Shown: positions 9,806 through 20,394 of the stretch, piece by piece
How positions within the stretch are numbered: position 1 is the stretch's first letter
How the letters are laid out: the number at the start of each line of letters is the position of its first letter
DNA from: an uncultured Candidatus Binatia bacterium
GTDB taxonomy: Bacteria > Desulfobacterota > Binatia > UBA9968 > JAJDTQ01
Length of the DNA: 64,000 bases
Assembly: GCA_965213675.1 (NCBI GenBank)
Contig: OZ243916.1
Location: forward strand, 1,408,001 to 1,472,000
Direction: 5' to 3'
Program-made: the position numbers and the translations under genes
The notes under the pieces: generated by a model
The model's database searches: none
The model's input: the letters and a program-made list of their open reading frames with translations, nothing else
Told to the model about the DNA's origin: nothing

Positions 9806-11881
9806 TCACTCGTAACGCAACGCTTCGATGGGATTGAGGCGCGCGGCCCGGTTGGCGGGCTGGAAGCCGAAGAACACGCCGATGGCGGCGGCAAAGGCGA
9901 AGGCCAGCAGGATGGAGCCCGGCGAGATGACGATCTGCCAGCCGCCCATGTAGGAGAGTCCCAGTGAAGCCGCGGCGCCGGCAAGGATGCCGGCGATTCC
10001 CCCCATGAGGCTCAGCACCATCGCCTCGGTGAGGAACTGGCGGCGGATGTCGCGCCGGCGGGCGCCGATGGCCAGGCGCACGCCGATCTCGCGGGTGCGC
10101 TCGGTCACCGACACCAGCATGATGTTCATGATGCCGATGCCGCCGACGATGAGCGCTACCCCGGCGATGCCCGCCAGCAGGAAGCCCAAGGTGTTGGCGG
10201 CCTCGTTGGCCGCCTCGACGATGTCGGTGCGGTTGCGCACCCGAAAGTCGTCCAGCTTGGTGCCGGTTATCTTGTGGCGCACGCGCAATAGCCCGGTGAT
10301 GCCGTCCTGCACGTCCGACGTCGCTTGCTTGTTTTCCGCGCTCACTTCGATGCCGCGCACGTAGCGTATGCCCAGAAGCTTCCGCTGCGCCGTCCGCAGC
10401 GGGACGATGACGATGTCGTCGAGGTCACCGGAGAACGAGGACGTTCCCCGTTCCTTGAGCACGCCCACCACCTCGAAGGGGATGTGCTTGACCCGGATGG
10501 TCTGTCCCATGGGATACGCGTCGCCGAAAAGCTCCTTGGCCACGGTCTGCCCGATCAGGGCCACCTTGCGATTCAGGAGCATGTCGTCCGCGGTGAAGTT
10601 GGACCCCGACTCAACCCCCCAATTCATGATTTCGAGATATTCGGGTGTCGTGCCGGTAAATCCCGGATGCCAGTTCTTGTTGCCGTAGACCACCTGAGCG
10701 GAGCCCCGGACATGGGGCGCCACACGGACCACTCCGGGCACCTCCGCGAGGATGGCCCTGGCGTCCGCCTCGGTGAGCGTCGTGATGCGCGCGCCCCGCA
10801 CGCGCCGGCCGCCGCGGGTCACTGTGCCAGCATAGACCGAGACGCGATTGCTGCCGAGGCGCTCCATCTGCTTGGCGACTCTGGCCTTGGCCCCCTCGCC
10901 AATGGCCACCATGGCAATGACCGCGCCTACGCCGATGATCACGCCCAGCATGGTCAAGGCGGAGCGCAGCTTGTTGACCCGGATGGCCCGCAGGGCGATA
11001 CGGACGTTGGCCCGGAGACCAGCGCCCAAACCCCGCCTGCGGCGCTGCCCCCCGTTGCCGCCGCCATTGCCGTCGCCGCCGCCCGCGCCGGTGTCGCCCG
11101 GCCCAAGGAGGTCGTGGACGCCGCCCGCTTCAGACCCGTCGCCGGAAGCCCCCGAGCCCCCCGCCGCGGCCGCGTCCAATCCCGCGTGGGCGCCCACCTC
11201 CTCCCGTTCCACGAGCCCGTCCTTGAAGTGAATGATGCGCTGTCCGTGGGAGGCCACCTCGGGATCATGGGTCACGAACACAATGGTGATGCCCTTCTCC
11301 CGATTGAGCTTCTTGAAGAGATCGATGATTTCCGCGCCGGTGCGCGTATCGAGGTTTCCGGTGGGCTCGTCCGCGAGAATGATCCGGGGATCGTTGAGCA
11401 GCGCCCGGGCAATGGCCACCCGCTGTTGTTGGCCGCCGGACAACTGCGTGGGGCGGTGCGTCTCCCGTTCGCCGAGGCCCACCAGCGCGAGCATCTCGCG
11501 GGCCTTGCGGCGGCCGGCCGCCGCCGGCGTGCCGTTGTAGAGAGCGGGAAGCTCGGCGTTTTCGAGGGACGTGGTGCGCGCCAGGAGATTATAGTTCTGG
11601 AAAACGAAACCGATCTCGTGGTTGCGCACAAAGGCCATCTCGTCCAGCGAGAGTTGAGCCACGTCGTCCCCGTTCAAGCGATACCGGCCCGTGGTCGGCC
11701 GATCCAGAAGACCCAGCAGGTTCATGAGGGTGGACTTGCCCGAGCCGGAAGGTCCCATGAGCGCCACGATCTCGCCCCGAAAGATCGTCAAGGAAACGCC
11801 TTTCAGGGCCTCCACCCGCTGCTCACCAAGATCGTAGACCTTGGTGACGTCTTTCACTTCGATGACCGGCAACCGTTCCAC
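9806..11881 (-). CDS. macB: MacB-type ABC transporter (ATPase-permease fusion)
   Basis: GPSGSGKST, LSGGQQQRVAIARAL, GIGIMNIMLVSVTERTREIG, NPIEALRYE. Confidence 0.9.
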   Translation of the reverse strand: MERLPVIEVKDVTKVYDLGEQRVEALKGVSLTIFRGEIVALMGPSGSGKSTLMNLLGLLDRPTTGRYRLNGDDVAQLSLDEMAFVRNHEIGFVFQNYNLLARTTSLENAELPALYNGTPAAAGRRKAREMLALVGLGERETHRPTQLSGGQQQRVAIARALLNDPRIILADEPTGNLDTRTGAEIIDLFKKLNREKGITIVFVTHDPEVASHGQRIIHFKDGLVEREEVGAHAGLDAAAAGGSGASGDGSEAGGVHDLLGPGDTGAGGGDGNGGGNGGQRRRRGLGAGLRANVRIALRAIRVNKLRSALTMLGVIIGVGAVIAMVAIGEGAKARVAKQMERLGSNRVSVYAGTVTRGGRRVRGARITTLTEADARAILAEVPGVVRVAPHVRGSAQVVYGNKNWHPGFTGTTPEYLEIMNWGVESGSNFTADDMLLNRKVALIGQTVAKELFGDAYPMGQTIRVKHIPFEVVGVLKERGTSSFSGDLDDIVIVPLRTAQRKLLGIRYVRGIEVSAENKQATSDVQDGITGLLRVRHKITGTKLDDFRVRNRTDIVEAANEAANTLGFLLAGIAGVALIVGGIGIMNIMLVSVTERTREIGVRLAIGARRRDIRRQFLTEAMVLSLMGGIAGILAGAAASLGLSYMGGWQIVISPGSILLAFAFAAAIGVFFGFQPANRAARLNPIEALRYE

Positions 11882-11885
11882 GGCG

Positions 11886-13319
11886 TCAGAGACCTCCGAG
11901 AATCCGCGAACGCACGCGTGAGGTGGTGTTGGTGGCGCGCTTCATGGCCTCCGAGCGTATTCCCACGATGACCTGATCGCCGACCTCCAGACCCGAGACG
12001 ACCTCCATGTTCCTGGCATCGGTGGCGCCGAAGCGGATGCGCTTCCGAACCGGCTTGTCGTCCTGGTAGACCCACACGCCGCCGCGGCCCTCCAGCATCC
12101 ACCGGCGCCTCTGCTCGGCGCTGGGCCGACCGCGCCGGCGCCCGCCTCCTGGCCGGGGCAGATCGGGGTATAGCTGGCGGATGTCCCGGCCGCTGACCCG
12201 GAGTGCCGCCCCCGGCGCAATGAGCACGTTCTGCCGCCGGGCCAGTATGATGGTGACGTTGGCCGTCATGCCGGGCTTGAGGGCCAGGTCCTTGTTGGGC
12301 ACCCGGATCTCGGTGTCGTAGGTGACAACGTTGTCCTTGATCAGAGGCGACGGAAAAATACGCACCACCTTGCCCTCGAACGTCCGCCCCGGGTACGAAT
12401 CCACCGAGAACTCCACCTCCTGCCCGACCTCCACCTTGCCGATGTCCGCCTCGTCGACAAAGGCCGAGACCTTCATTTCCTCCAACTCGGCGATCTTCAC
12501 CAGTGGCGGCGACGACAAGCTCGCCGCCACTGTCTGCCCCGCTTCCACGGTCTTCTGGATCACCACGCCGGAGATGGGCGCGACCACGACGCTGCGGTTG
12601 AGCCGCACCCGCGCCATCTCCAACTCGGCCTCCGTCTGCTGGATGTCGGCGCGGATGCCCGCGATCACCGCCTGCTTGACCTTCACCTCGTCGACCCGGG
12701 CCGACTCCTCCCGGTGGCGCGCGGCGGCGCGTTCGTACTCCGCCTGGATGGACTCGTACTGTTCCCGCGAAATCAGGTTGCGCCCCGCGAGGTCCTTGTT
12801 ACGCCGGTGCTTCTCCTCCAGGCTGTCGAACGCCGCCTTGGTCCCCGCAATGCTCGCGGCCACCCGGGATTTCAGCATCTCCACGCCCGCCAGCTCTCGC
12901 GCGAGATTGGCCCGGGCCTTCGCCACCTTGGCTTCCGCCTGGAGCAATTGCGCCCGGAACAGATCCTGGTCCAGCCGCGCGATCAGATCGCCCTTCCGGA
13001 CCCGCATGGGCACGTCCACCGGCATATCCTGGATGGTGCCGGACACCTGGGTGGAGACGGTCACCGACGACACCGGGTTCACCGTGCCGGTGGTGGTGAT
13101 GCGGGAGAAGATCTCGCCCCTCTCGGCCTTTGCTAGCCGGAAAGGAAACACCTTCTTCGTCTCGTCCGCCGAAGTGAACCTGCCCGTCAGCGAAGAAAGC
13201 CCGCTCCGCACCGAACCCACGCTGCTCTCCACCAGCGCCGGATCGTACAGGAAGAGCCCCGCGCCCCCTGCCCCGGCCAGAACCAGGACAATGGCGCCAA
13301 TCCAAATGACACGCTTCAT
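11886..13319 (-). CDS. MacA-like periplasmic adaptor subunit
   Basis: N-terminal TM, VSTQVSG, APISGVV, VDEADIG, LKPGMTA; adjacent to macB. Confidence 0.9.
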   Translation of the reverse strand: MKRVIWIGAIVLVLAGAGGAGLFLYDPALVESSVGSVRSGLSSLTGRFTSADETKKVFPFRLAKAERGEIFSRITTTGTVNPVSSVTVSTQVSGTIQDMPVDVPMRVRKGDLIARLDQDLFRAQLLQAEAKVAKARANLARELAGVEMLKSRVAASIAGTKAAFDSLEEKHRRNKDLAGRNLISREQYESIQAEYERAAARHREESARVDEVKVKQAVIAGIRADIQQTEAELEMARVRLNRSVVVAPISGVVIQKTVEAGQTVAASLSSPPLVKIAELEEMKVSAFVDEADIGKVEVGQEVEFSVDSYPGRTFEGKVVRIFPSPLIKDNVVTYDTEIRVPNKDLALKPGMTANVTIILARRQNVLIAPGAALRVSGRDIRQLYPDLPRPGGGRRRGRPSAEQRRRWMLEGRGGVWVYQDDKPVRKRIRFGATDARNMEVVSGLEVGDQVIVGIRSEAMKRATNTTSRVRSRILGGL

Positions 13320-13804
13320 CGAAGTTGCTCCGTTGCCCCCACCATGGCTGAACCCTCTGTCATTAGACCGTGGACGGTTTCCTTTCCGAGATGGAGTCAT
13401 CCGGCAATTCCATGCTGTAACTTACAGCAGTTATCGGGCAGAACGGAACAGGGAGCGAGGGGTTTACGGCCTGGAGTCAGGGGCAGTGAGGTCGAATCCG
13501 CTCCTGTATCGACGAGTAACGCTACGTCTCCCTCAATGTGGAAGCGGGGCAGGACAAGCTCACCCGGAAGCCCAGGTCCACCTGCGGGTCGAATCGTCCA
13601 TGGATCACGGCACGCAAGGAATCACGTTGGGGATGCGGTGCAGCCTGCGGAATCGAGAATTCTCGTTCCGCGCCAGCGACACAAGGCCACTCGCGACCCG
13701 CGATGCGATCTGATAGATCATGCACACACGGGCAACCTTGAACACACGCCGCTGAGCTGCACGCATGCTCATGTGAATGCGGGGCCGGCGGGGAGGCGAC
13801 ACCG

Positions 13805-14710
13805 ATGCTCAGCACACGCTACGACTACAGTCCGATCACGCAACGCCCGCGGCTGGTATGGCCGGGGAATGCGCGGGTGGCGCTCTGGCTGGGGCCCAAT
13901 ATCGAGTGTTTTCACATCGACAAGGCCCTGCCGCGGGTGAACGAGGCGCTGCCGGACGTACAGTCCTACTCGCTTCGGGACTACGGGGCGCGGGTGGGCG
14001 TGTTCCGCATGATGGACGTATTCGACCGCTACGACATGCGCGCCAGTGTGCTGTTGAATGCGGAGGTGTGCGCGCAACATCCGGCCATCATCGAGGAGGG
14101 CAACAAGCGCTCCTGGGAGTGGCTGGGCCACGGCATGAACAACAACACGCGCATGAACGGCTACGGCGCCAAGAAGCAGCGCAAGGTCATCCGCAAGGTG
14201 CGCGACATCATCGCCCAAGCCACCGGAAAGGCGCCCAGGGGCTGGCTCGGTCCGGGGCTCGCGGAGACATGGGACACCCCGGACTTTCTCGCCGCGGAGG
14301 GGTTCGAGTACGTGTGCGACTGGGGCTGCGACGATCAGCCGGTGCCCATGCGCGTGAAGGACGGGCGCATGATCGTGGTGCCGTACCAGCAGGGCATCAA
14401 CGACATTTCGATGTTCGTACACGCCAACCACACCCCAGCGGAGTATTACCGTATCGTGTGCGACCAGTTCGACACGCTGTACCGCGAGGGCGCCAACGGC
14501 GGGCGCGTCATGTGCATTCCGCTACACCCTTACGTGACCGGCATGCCGTTCCGCATCGGCGCCCTGGACCGCGCGCTGGACTACATCTGTTCCCACGACG
14601 GCGTGTGGAAGACCACCGCCGGCGAGATCGCCGACTGGTTCTACGAACACTACTACGAGGCGCCGGCACGGGCGGACGGCAAGCGTATCCGCGGGTTGGC
14701 GGAATCGTAG
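13805..14710 (+). CDS. Polysaccharide deacetylase family (PuuE-like)
   Basis: WPGNARVA, RDYGARVG, PRGWLGP, IPLHP. Confidence 0.85.
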   Translation: MLSTRYDYSPITQRPRLVWPGNARVALWLGPNIECFHIDKALPRVNEALPDVQSYSLRDYGARVGVFRMMDVFDRYDMRASVLLNAEVCAQHPAIIEEGNKRSWEWLGHGMNNNTRMNGYGAKKQRKVIRKVRDIIAQATGKAPRGWLGPGLAETWDTPDFLAAEGFEYVCDWGCDDQPVPMRVKDGRMIVVPYQQGINDISMFVHANHTPAEYYRIVCDQFDTLYREGANGGRVMCIPLHPYVTGMPFRIGALDRALDYICSHDGVWKTTAGEIADWFYEHYYEAPARADGKRIRGLAES

Positions 14711-14821
14711 ACTTGACGCCGTTCGTCTCGAGCCCTCCGACAGGCCCGGAACAAGCGTAGCCGGGCGAAGTCGAAGGACTCCTCGCTCGGAACGTCATCG
14801 CGGCCGAAACCGGGAGATTAC

Positions 14822-15634
14822 ATGGCGTCAGAATGGTCTTGCATTGTGCTGGAGCGCCTCGGCGGCGGGGTTGCGCGCATCCGCTTCAACCGGCCGGAGA
14901 AGCGCAACGCTTTGAGCCAGGCCATGACCGGCGAAATCCTTGACGCCCTGGAAACGGTGCGCGCCGACCCCGATGTGCGCGTGATCGTCACCCGCGGCAA
15001 CGGGCCGTGCTACTGTGCCGGGGCCGACCTGCACGATCTGCGGGCGCTCCACAAGGAACCGCCACGGGACTGGGACCGCTCCCACCCCAACATGCTCTTC
15101 TACGAGAGCTTCCGAAACTATCCCAAGGTCACCATCGCCCAGGTGCACGGCCACTGTCTCGGTGGCGGCATGGCGCTCATGACCTGCCACGACATCGCCA
15201 TCGCCGCGGACACCGCGAAGATCGGCATGCCCGAAATCGTCCGCGGCAGCTTCGGCCAGATGGCCTTGAGTTCCCTCTACCACACCGGGATTCCGGCCAA
15301 GAAGGCGGCGCTGATGCACTTCAGCGGACGGAATTTCCCGGGCACGGATGCCGACCGTTTCGGGCTGGTGTCGGCGTCGGTGCCGGAGGCCGATCTCGAG
15401 GACGTCACCCTCCAACTCGCGAGCGAGATCGGTTCGCGCCACCCCACGGCGCTTGCGTCCGCCAAGATCGCCGCGCACATGGGCCAGGACCTCCCCTGGT
15501 CGCAGGCCTTGCGCACGGATCAGCTCGTGGCCGCGCGCCAGCAGTTGATGATGGACACGTTCTCGGATGTGGAACGGTACCTGCGCTCCCAGAGCGGCGG
15601 CACCAACACCGGCTACCGGCGCGAAGATAGCTGA
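14822..15634 (+). CDS. Enoyl-CoA hydratase/isomerase family
   Basis: NRPEKRNAL, CAGADL, GHCLGGG, GMPE. Confidence 0.9.
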   Translation: MASEWSCIVLERLGGGVARIRFNRPEKRNALSQAMTGEILDALETVRADPDVRVIVTRGNGPCYCAGADLHDLRALHKEPPRDWDRSHPNMLFYESFRNYPKVTIAQVHGHCLGGGMALMTCHDIAIAADTAKIGMPEIVRGSFGQMALSSLYHTGIPAKKAALMHFSGRNFPGTDADRFGLVSASVPEADLEDVTLQLASEIGSRHPTALASAKIAAHMGQDLPWSQALRTDQLVAARQQLMMDTFSDVERYLRSQSGGTNTGYRREDS

Positions 15635-15639
15635 CGCGA

Positions 15640-15699
15640 CCGAAGGGACAGCGATAGCGAATTTTCGCTTTCGCGAACTCCTGCGGCGCAAGCTCCTGG
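15640..15699. repeat. Partial MITE family B
   Basis: CGAAGGGAC...TTCGCGAACTCCTGCGGCGCAAGCTC-CTGG matches 47252-47317, 54369-54420 and 62370-62432. Confidence 0.7.
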
Positions 15700-15710
15700 C
15701 GCGTATTGCC

Positions 15711-16841
15711 TCAGTCGCTCCGTGTCCACGAAGTGCCGCGCCTCAGCACGTCCACCGCCTGACGCACCATGGTCTCGACGATCCGTGCGGCCGGCCGCAC
15801 GTCGTATTCCCCCAGTAGCCCGGCGATCTGTCCGCCCGGCACGCTCATGAGATCCACCCGACTCCCCTGCTCCGCGGCCACCCGAAACTGGTCGTTGAGC
15901 ACTCCCTGGAACGGCATTTCAAGGGCCTGCAAACCCGACGCCTCCCACTTCCGGATCACCGGGCTGCGGTAGTGGCGGCTGGGCTTGCCGCTGGGGAAAC
16001 GGTCGAGCACGAAGTCCTCTGTGCGGCCCTGGATGAGTTGGGCCTTGTAGTCGGGATGAATCTCGCTCTCCGCACTGGCCAGAAACACCGTGCCGCACCA
16101 CACCCCCACCGCGCCCAGGCTCAGCGCCGCCGCCAGGCCGCGCCCGTCGGCGATGCCCCCGGCCACCACCACGGGGGTGGGACTCACCGCGTCCACCACT
16201 TGGGGGACAAGCGGGAAGTTGGCGATCCGACCGGTGTGCCCGCCGGCCTCGTAGCCCTGGGCGACGATCACGTCCACGCCGTTGGCCGCATGCCCCAACG
16301 CCTGCTTCACATTGCCGCACAGCGCCAGCACCTTCATGCCGCGTTCGTGGGCCAGCGGCACCACCCGCGCGGTGTCGCCAAGCCCCACCGCCAGTACGCG
16401 CACGCCTTCTTCCAGAATCACGTCCAACTGGCGCTGCACCATGTCCGGCGTCTTGACCTTGGACCACGGGTCCGGCCCCTGGGTCTCCAGGCCGAACTCA
16501 TCAATGGCGTCGCGCACAAAGCGCACATGGTCCGGATGGGTGCGTTCGAGGAACTCGCGCACGTTGCCGGCGTCCGCGTAGGGCGTCTGCGCCAGCCGTG
16601 GCAGCGTGATGTCCACGCCGAAGGGACGTTCCGTCAACTCGCGCACCGCGCGGATGCGTTCGCGTATGAACCCGGGCTTGAGCGGGCTCCCGCCGATGAC
16701 GCCGAGACCGCCCCCTTCCGAGACCGCCGCCACGAGCTTCGGCGGCGTGGTGGAGCCGCGGCTGTCCCATCCCATTCCCGCCTGGATGACAGGGTGCTCA
16801 ATGCCGAGGACATCGCACAAAGGGGTCGTGAGCTTCGCCAT
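15711..16841 (-). CDS. Nitronate monooxygenase / FabK-like flavoprotein
   Basis: HPVIQAGMG, AQGYEAGGH, VAGGIADGRG, GTVFLAS. Confidence 0.9.
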   Translation of the reverse strand: MAKLTTPLCDVLGIEHPVIQAGMGWDSRGSTTPPKLVAAVSEGGGLGVIGGSPLKPGFIRERIRAVRELTERPFGVDITLPRLAQTPYADAGNVREFLERTHPDHVRFVRDAIDEFGLETQGPDPWSKVKTPDMVQRQLDVILEEGVRVLAVGLGDTARVVPLAHERGMKVLALCGNVKQALGHAANGVDVIVAQGYEAGGHTGRIANFPLVPQVVDAVSPTPVVVAGGIADGRGLAAALSLGAVGVWCGTVFLASAESEIHPDYKAQLIQGRTEDFVLDRFPSGKPSRHYRSPVIRKWEASGLQALEMPFQGVLNDQFRVAAEQGSRVDLMSVPGGQIAGLLGEYDVRPAARIVETMVRQAVDVLRRGTSWTRSD

Positions 16842-17015
16842 ACCGAACTCCCATCGCGTCCTGAAGTGTCGTCATTCCTCTAACGCGTTGCGCCGGGCAT
16901 TGCCAATGATCGCGGCTGACCGCCCCGACGCCACCGCAGGCGACCATTGCGTGCGCGCCGGGAGCGCCGCCGCGTCATGGACAGGCCCGCTTCGTCTGTG
17001 TTAGCCCCCATTCAC

Positions 17016-17891
17016 ATGGAAAACCGTCGTTACGATTACCAACCCATTACCACCCGGCCCGTGCTCCAGTGGCCGGACGGCGCGCGCGTGGCGGTGTGGG
17101 TGAGCCCCAACATCGAGTACTTCCATTTCGATCAGCCCATCCCCAACTTCGCGATGTCAAAGGTGCCGGACGTGCGCGGCTACGCGCAGCGCGACTACGG
17201 CGCGCGGGTCGGGGTGTTCAGGATGATGGAGGTGCTGGACCGTTACGGCATCCGCGCCAGCGCGCAGTTGAATTCCGAGGTCTGCATCCACCATCGGGAA
17301 ATCATCGAGGAGGGCGTCAAGCGGGACTGGGAGTGGCTGGGGCACGGCGTCACCAACAACCTTCCCCTCACCGCCTACCCCGAGGACCAGGAGCTAACGG
17401 TCATCCGGCAGGTGCGCGACGAGATCGCCGCGGCCACCGGCAAGGCGCCGCGGGGGTGGCTCGGACCCGCGCTGGCCGAAACCTTCGATACCCCCGACCA
17501 CCTGGCCGCCGCGGGCTTCGACTACCTGTGCGACTGGGGTTTCGACGACCAACCGGTGGCCATGCGCGTGAAGTCCGGTCGCATGATCGCCATGCCCTAC
17601 GAGCAGGGGCTGAACGACATCAACTTCTTTCTGCGCTCCAACTACACTCCCGGCGAGTACCTCCGGCAGGTGTGCGACCAGTTCGACGTCCTCTACCGCG
17701 AAGGCGAGCGCAGCGGCACCGTGTTGTGCATTCCGCTGCACCCTTTCATCATCGGCGTGCCGCTGCGCATCAAGTACCTCGACCAGGCGCTGGAGTACAT
17801 CTGCTCCCACGACCGCGTCTGGCTCGCCACCGGAGGCGAAATCGCCGATTGGTACTTCGAGCACTCCTACGAGGATCCCGGCCGGCCGTAG
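17016..17891 (+). CDS. Polysaccharide deacetylase family (PuuE-like), paralog 2
   Basis: Closely similar to 13805-14710 (RDYGARVGVFRMM, PRGWLGP, IPLHP). Confidence 0.85.
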   Translation: MENRRYDYQPITTRPVLQWPDGARVAVWVSPNIEYFHFDQPIPNFAMSKVPDVRGYAQRDYGARVGVFRMMEVLDRYGIRASAQLNSEVCIHHREIIEEGVKRDWEWLGHGVTNNLPLTAYPEDQELTVIRQVRDEIAAATGKAPRGWLGPALAETFDTPDHLAAAGFDYLCDWGFDDQPVAMRVKSGRMIAMPYEQGLNDINFFLRSNYTPGEYLRQVCDQFDVLYREGERSGTVLCIPLHPFIIGVPLRIKYLDQALEYICSHDRVWLATGGEIADWYFEHSYEDPGRP

Positions 17892-17979
17892 GACAGGCTG
17901 CCGGGATTCCGTTTGCCCGCGGAGGGGTTCGCACGGGCGGCGGCGCGATCCGGACTCCGGACGGCGTTCGGAGAGGCGC

Positions 17980-18915
17980 ATGACAGAAACATTCGAGATC
18001 ATCCCGCGGGCGCCGTATTCCTTCGAATTCACCGTCGCGCGCTTCATGCGCTTTGCCACCGAGAATGTGGACGTGATCGAGGACGGCCGCTACCGGCGCC
18101 TGCTGGCCGCCGGACGTCAGCTTGCGCTGGCCACGATCACCGACGCCGGCACGGTGGCCCGGCCGCGACTCATCGTGGCTCTGGACAGTCCTTCCGGGGC
18201 GGCTCTCCGGCCGGATGCGTTCGAGGCGCAGCTTCGCCACATCCTGTGCGCGGACGTCGACCTCCGCCCGTTCTATGGGATGGCGCGCAAGGACGATCTG
18301 CTGGCGCCTTTGGTGAAGCGTTTTCGCGGTCTGCGCGTCGCCGCCAGCCCGACGCTGTTCGAGGCGCTGGTGGTGGCGGTGCTCTCGCAGCAGGTCAACC
18401 TGAACCTCGCCTACTCCATCAAGAAGGCGCTGGTGGAGAGCTTCGGGCGCCGATGGCGCCGGCACGGGCGCGACTGGCACGCCTTTCCCGAGCCACGGCG
18501 GCTCGCCGGCCAGACCCTGGAGACCCTGCGCACTTTCCGGTTGAGCAGCGCCAAGGCGGCCACGCTGATCCGCCTGGGCGAGGCGTTTGCCGGCGGCGCA
18601 CTCGGCGACCTGTCCGCGCATTCGGATGAGGAGATCATCGAGCGGCTGACCGCTCTCAAGGGCATCGGCCGCTGGTCGGCCGAAATCGCGCTGATGCGCG
18701 GACTGGCGCGCCCAGACACCTTTCCGGCCGGGGACTTGGGGGTGGTGAAGTACCTCGCTCAAGGCTTGCTGGGCCGAACCCGCAAGGCCACCGAAGCCGA
18801 GATGCGCGCCTTTGCCGAACGCTGGCGGCCGTTCCGCGCCCTGGCCCTGGCCTACTGCTACGCCGAACTGGCCACGCGCCGCGGCGGCTCCACGCCGGGA
18901 ATCCCGGCCCAGTAG
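17980..18915 (+). CDS. alkA: DNA-3-methyladenine glycosylase II (AlkA family)
   Basis: FEALVVAVLSQQV, HhH motif LKGIGRWSAE, FPAGDLG, WRPFR. Confidence 0.85.
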   Translation: MTETFEIIPRAPYSFEFTVARFMRFATENVDVIEDGRYRRLLAAGRQLALATITDAGTVARPRLIVALDSPSGAALRPDAFEAQLRHILCADVDLRPFYGMARKDDLLAPLVKRFRGLRVAASPTLFEALVVAVLSQQVNLNLAYSIKKALVESFGRRWRRHGRDWHAFPEPRRLAGQTLETLRTFRLSSAKAATLIRLGEAFAGGALGDLSAHSDEEIIERLTALKGIGRWSAEIALMRGLARPDTFPAGDLGVVKYLAQGLLGRTRKATEAEMRAFAERWRPFRALALAYCYAELATRRGGSTPGIPAQ

Positions 18916-19171
18916 GGACTTCGGGAGCGATCTTCACCCCCTCTTGCGCCGGCGCAAGCGGGTATGGAAGATTCCCGCTTCCGGTGGAGCGAAGGCCCGC
19001 GGGAACCCGCGAATCGCGTGCCGGTCCTGTCTGTGGTATGTACCGCACGAGAGGGCCTGGAAGGCTACAGCTTCGAAGGCTCCACAATCAGGCTTCACTC
19101 ACACGGGACGCCAAACCAGTTCCGACCGACTCCCTATGTGGCCTATCCCGGCCCCAACCCGCGCGAACGAC

Positions 19172-20299
19172 ATGTCGACCCGGCCCGACGATCCCCGCAA
19201 CACCGGCCTCAGCCTTTCCATCATCGTGCCGACGTTTCGTGAGGCGGCCAACGTGGCGCCGCTGGCCGAAGGCATCCGCACCGCCCTGTCCGCCAGCGGC
19301 ATCGAGTGGGAGCTGCTGCTTGTGGACGACGATTCGGACGACGGCAGCGAGGAAGTCGTGGCGGAACTGGCCCGGCGCCTGCCCGTGCGCATGGTGGTGC
19401 GGCGGGACGCGCCCCGGGACCTTTCCCTGGCGGTCATCGAAGGCATGCGCCTGGCGCGCTTCGACAATCTGGTGGTGATGGACGCGGACCTTTCGCATCC
19501 GCCCGAGCGCATCGCCGAACTGCTGGCGGCCCTCGACAGCGGCTGTGACATGGTCCTGGGAAGCCGCTATGCGCCGGGCGGCGCGGTGGACGAGTCCTGG
19601 AGTTTCTACCGCGTGTTGAACTCGCGGCTGGCCACCTGGATGGCGCGCCCGCTGGTCCAGTGCGCCGATCCCATGTCGGGCTTTTTCGCCACCCGGCGCA
19701 GCGCGTTGCCGGAACTGCTCACGCTGCGGCCCATGGGATACAAGATCGCGCTGGAACTCATCGTGCGCGGCGGTCTTCGGGTGCGCGAGGTGCCCATCGA
19801 CTTCCGCGACCGTAGCGCGGGTGCGAGCAAGATGAACTGGCGCCAGCAACTCCGGTTCCTGCGTCACCTCTCCAGGCTCTACAACTACCGGTTCGGGACC
19901 TTGGCCCGGGTGCCGCTGTTCGGCGCGGTGGGCGCCAGCGGGCTCGCCGTCGATCTGGCCTGCTATCTCGGCCTTCAGTGGGCCGGTGTCGAGCACCGCC
20001 TGGCGCGCTTCCTGTCGTTCTGGCCCGCGGTGAGCTGGAATTGGGCGCTCAACCGCGGCTTCACCTTCAGCGAGCGCGCGCGGCAGCCGCACCTGGGCCA
20101 ATGGGCGCGATTCACGGCCAGCAGCCTCGTGGGCCTCGGGGCGAACGTCGGCGGCTACGCGCTGCTCACGAGCTACGTGGATGTGTTCGAGCGCCACCGC
20201 CTGGCCGCTTTCTTTCTCGGCGTGGGCCTCGGCGCGCTGGTGAACTTCGTGGTCGCCGATCTATACGTCTACCAGAAGCGCCCGGACTCGGCGCGCTGA
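19172..20299 (+). CDS. Polyprenol-phosphate mannose synthase (DPM1/Ppm1-like GT2) fused to a GtrA-like membrane domain
   Basis: IIVPTFRE, VDDDSDDG, VMDADLSHP, GSRY, DPMSGF, GYKIALE, EVPIDFRDR..GASKM; C-terminal TM domain with NWALNRGFTF. Confidence 0.85.
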   Translation: MSTRPDDPRNTGLSLSIIVPTFREAANVAPLAEGIRTALSASGIEWELLLVDDDSDDGSEEVVAELARRLPVRMVVRRDAPRDLSLAVIEGMRLARFDNLVVMDADLSHPPERIAELLAALDSGCDMVLGSRYAPGGAVDESWSFYRVLNSRLATWMARPLVQCADPMSGFFATRRSALPELLTLRPMGYKIALELIVRGGLRVREVPIDFRDRSAGASKMNWRQQLRFLRHLSRLYNYRFGTLARVPLFGAVGASGLAVDLACYLGLQWAGVEHRLARFLSFWPAVSWNWALNRGFTFSERARQPHLGQWARFTASSLVGLGANVGGYALLTSYVDVFERHRLAAFFLGVGLGALVNFVVADLYVYQKRPDSAR

Positions 20300-20394
20300 T
20301 GCCGCGGACCGGACGGGTTTATCAGGACCCCCCGGGAGCCGGGCATTGCGGATGACCGGGCCGGGACGCACGCTCCCACACCCTCAAGCAACCG

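Noticed and set aside
13320-13804. ncRNA or small gene in the macA-deacetylase intergenic region
   Set aside because: No recognisable RNA motif or RBS-supported ORF by eye; an Rfam scan would be needed
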